Assembly: GCF_000281045.1 (NCBI RefSeq)
Contig: NW_008246104.1
Location: 376,008-440,007 of the forward strand
Reading direction: 5' to 3'
DNA from: Saprolegnia diclina VS20
Lineage: Eukaryota
DNA length: 64,000 nt
Part shown: one piece after another, positions 62,071 through 64,000 of the stretch
Layout of the letters: every line of letters starts with the position of its first letter
Position numbering within the stretch: position 1 is the first letter of the stretch
Notes under the pieces: model-generated
The model's input: the letters and a program-made list of their open reading frames with translations, nothing else
Database searches by the model: none
Told to the model about the DNA's origin: nothing
Made by a program: the position numbers and the translations under genes

Positions 62071-64000
62071 AGACTAGCAATCTCCTTCTTCTTTTGCTCG
62101 CCGGGCCGTGGCTGCGCAGGCGGCGGCGCGGGGGCTCGTCTGGCTCTTCTGTCGTCGCCCTACGACGCTAGTGGCCGCGGGAGAGGCACTGGACGACAAG
62201 GCCAGTAAAACGCTTCCTGGTGTCGCGGTCGGCGGCATAGCTACGCCGTTTGTCAAGATCCTCGAGAGACGCCAGCGACTGAGGCGGCGTCAGCGACTGG
62301 AGGTCGCGGTGCAGGACGATTGGCAGCGTGGTCTTGGTGCGCCCTAAGGAAACGTGGCCTAGACGCCGTTAGCGCTGGTGGGCGACGATAGCACTCACCG
62401 GTTCACCGGTTCGCCGTCGCAGCGACCGTAGAGCGCGACGTCGGCAAGAGTGTTCGCGTGGAAGATCCCGAGCAGTCGACGCAGCTGCCGGTGATGGAAG
62501 GCCCAGGGCCTCAATCTCACGGACGTGAGCATCGGCTTCGCCGTTGGCAAGGTCGCGGCAGCGCATGCGGTTTCTGTGCATGACGAGGTTCCGTTCAATG
62601 CGGAGATTTTTGGCCAACTCGTATTCGCTACCAGCACGGGCCCCGATATGACGGAGACGTGGACGTTGGACGAGCTCGGCCGCGTTACCGAGAGATGCGG
62701 CAGGCGACTCGCGCAGTGACAGAAAGGACACCATAGAGGTGAGCTTCATATGATACATGCGCTGCTCAGGAGACGTCTGGAGTACCAGCCAGGCCGCGCG
62801 TCGCTGGACAAGACCAGACGTGCACGCGTTGGGCGTCCTCTATGACCATCCTTACTTCGACCAGTTGGTAGTCAACCAACGACAACATGGAGACTCAGTG
62901 CGACGCCGTCAACGACAAGCCAGCAGCGCGATCCAAGCCACCCGCGTCCGAAATCGTAGCTCGTATTTGGCGCATGTAGAGGTCGCGAGAGACGCGACTT
63001 GAGATCTACACCGTACACTAATGCTGCTCGACTTGGGAGGTTCAGCCGGCAGCAACTGCGTCCGCTCGCCAGTGGTCACTACTAGTACCCGCGAACGACG
63101 CTTGGTACGAGGGCTGCCATACCAAGCCGCTTCGGTCCCGGTTCGCTCAAGCTCAGTGGGGCCTTTTTGGTCACATCCTTCGTAGCGCACCCGACATCCC
63201 GACCAACGGCGCGATGGGTGGGCACGTCAGTCGCTCCGGCGCTGTACCGTAGCCTGCCCGCCTCATGAAGACGTAGCCACGCGTGCTCGTCGCCGATCTC
63301 GCAATTGTCCCGTCTTTCGAGTCGCACCTCGTCGCCATGGCGCAGAACAAGGAGCTTGGAACCGAGCTGACGGAGGCGATCGTGGGCGTCCCCACGCACG
63401 ACGCTGTCGAATGAAACTTCCGTGCAGATCGCGACCATCCTCCTGCATTGACAGCTCATATCCGGCATTGCTGTGTTGATTATCGCCAATAAACGTCATA
63501 CTACCTATCTATCTACGCATGTGTCTCGGGCTCTACGACGGCCATGAAGCCCGACGATGTAATCAAGACGCACGATCGTGTCGTCGACGCGTACGGCAAG
63601 GCGGCTGTGAAGCGTCAGACGCGGGCCACAATCTTAAGGGATGAGCCCGCTCCTGAACCAGCAGTCCAAGAAGCTCGATCTGGCTTGGGCACGGGCCTAT
63701 TCTTCAAGATGATGGCCCGCGCTTGACGCTTCTTGGCCGCCTTGCCGTGCGCGTCTTGATTTCATTAATGGCCTTCATGGCCGCTGCAGAGCCCGAGACG
63801 ACGTTGAACGGCCCGAGCATTGCTGGGCGACTCGCGCCGGCCGGAGGACGCGACGACCCGGCGCTTCCTGGCTGCGGGGTCACGAGCTCCAAACGCACTT
63901 GGTCCTTCGCGAGCGTGCGGCGGAGCGAGGTTGGCACCGACACGGGCGTCGAAGACCGTATATTGAGCACTGGTAGTACATGTGGAGAAGTGGCTACTGG

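Noticed and set aside
62074..63970. Fragmentary coding-like ORFs at the right end
   Set aside because: Multiple stops and frame changes with no recognisable motif; possibly a relic or a gene running off the window, but not supportable.

Overview
Gene-dense eukaryotic genomic DNA, most likely from an oomycete of the Saprolegniales (Saprolegnia-like). This is an inference from the GC-rich coding regions, many 45-60 nt GT-AG introns, oomycete Inr/FPR-type core promoters, LRR receptor kinases and an ankyrin family. There are two assembly gaps. Recognisable genes, many reconstructed by hand across introns, are: a multi-exon LarE-like PP-loop sulfur transferase, isovaleryl-CoA dehydrogenase, two convergent bubblegum-type acyl-CoA synthetases, a SPIRAL1/Jupiter-motif protein, a START-like plus FYVE-like protein, a two-repeat Myb factor, TTLL1, a SUN-domain protein, an ankyrin protein, a multi-EF-hand protein, 2-oxoglutarate dehydrogenase E1, a tandem LRR receptor kinase/pseudokinase pair, capping protein beta, FGAM synthase, an mPGES-2-like protein and two tandem membrane-anchored histidine acid phosphatases. 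The most interesting observations are the intron-rich eukaryotic LarE homologue with an unusually long, possibly structured and alternatively spliced first intron, and the active-kinase/pseudokinase receptor pair. No rRNA, convincing tRNA or CRISPR array was seen. All exon boundaries are manual predictions.
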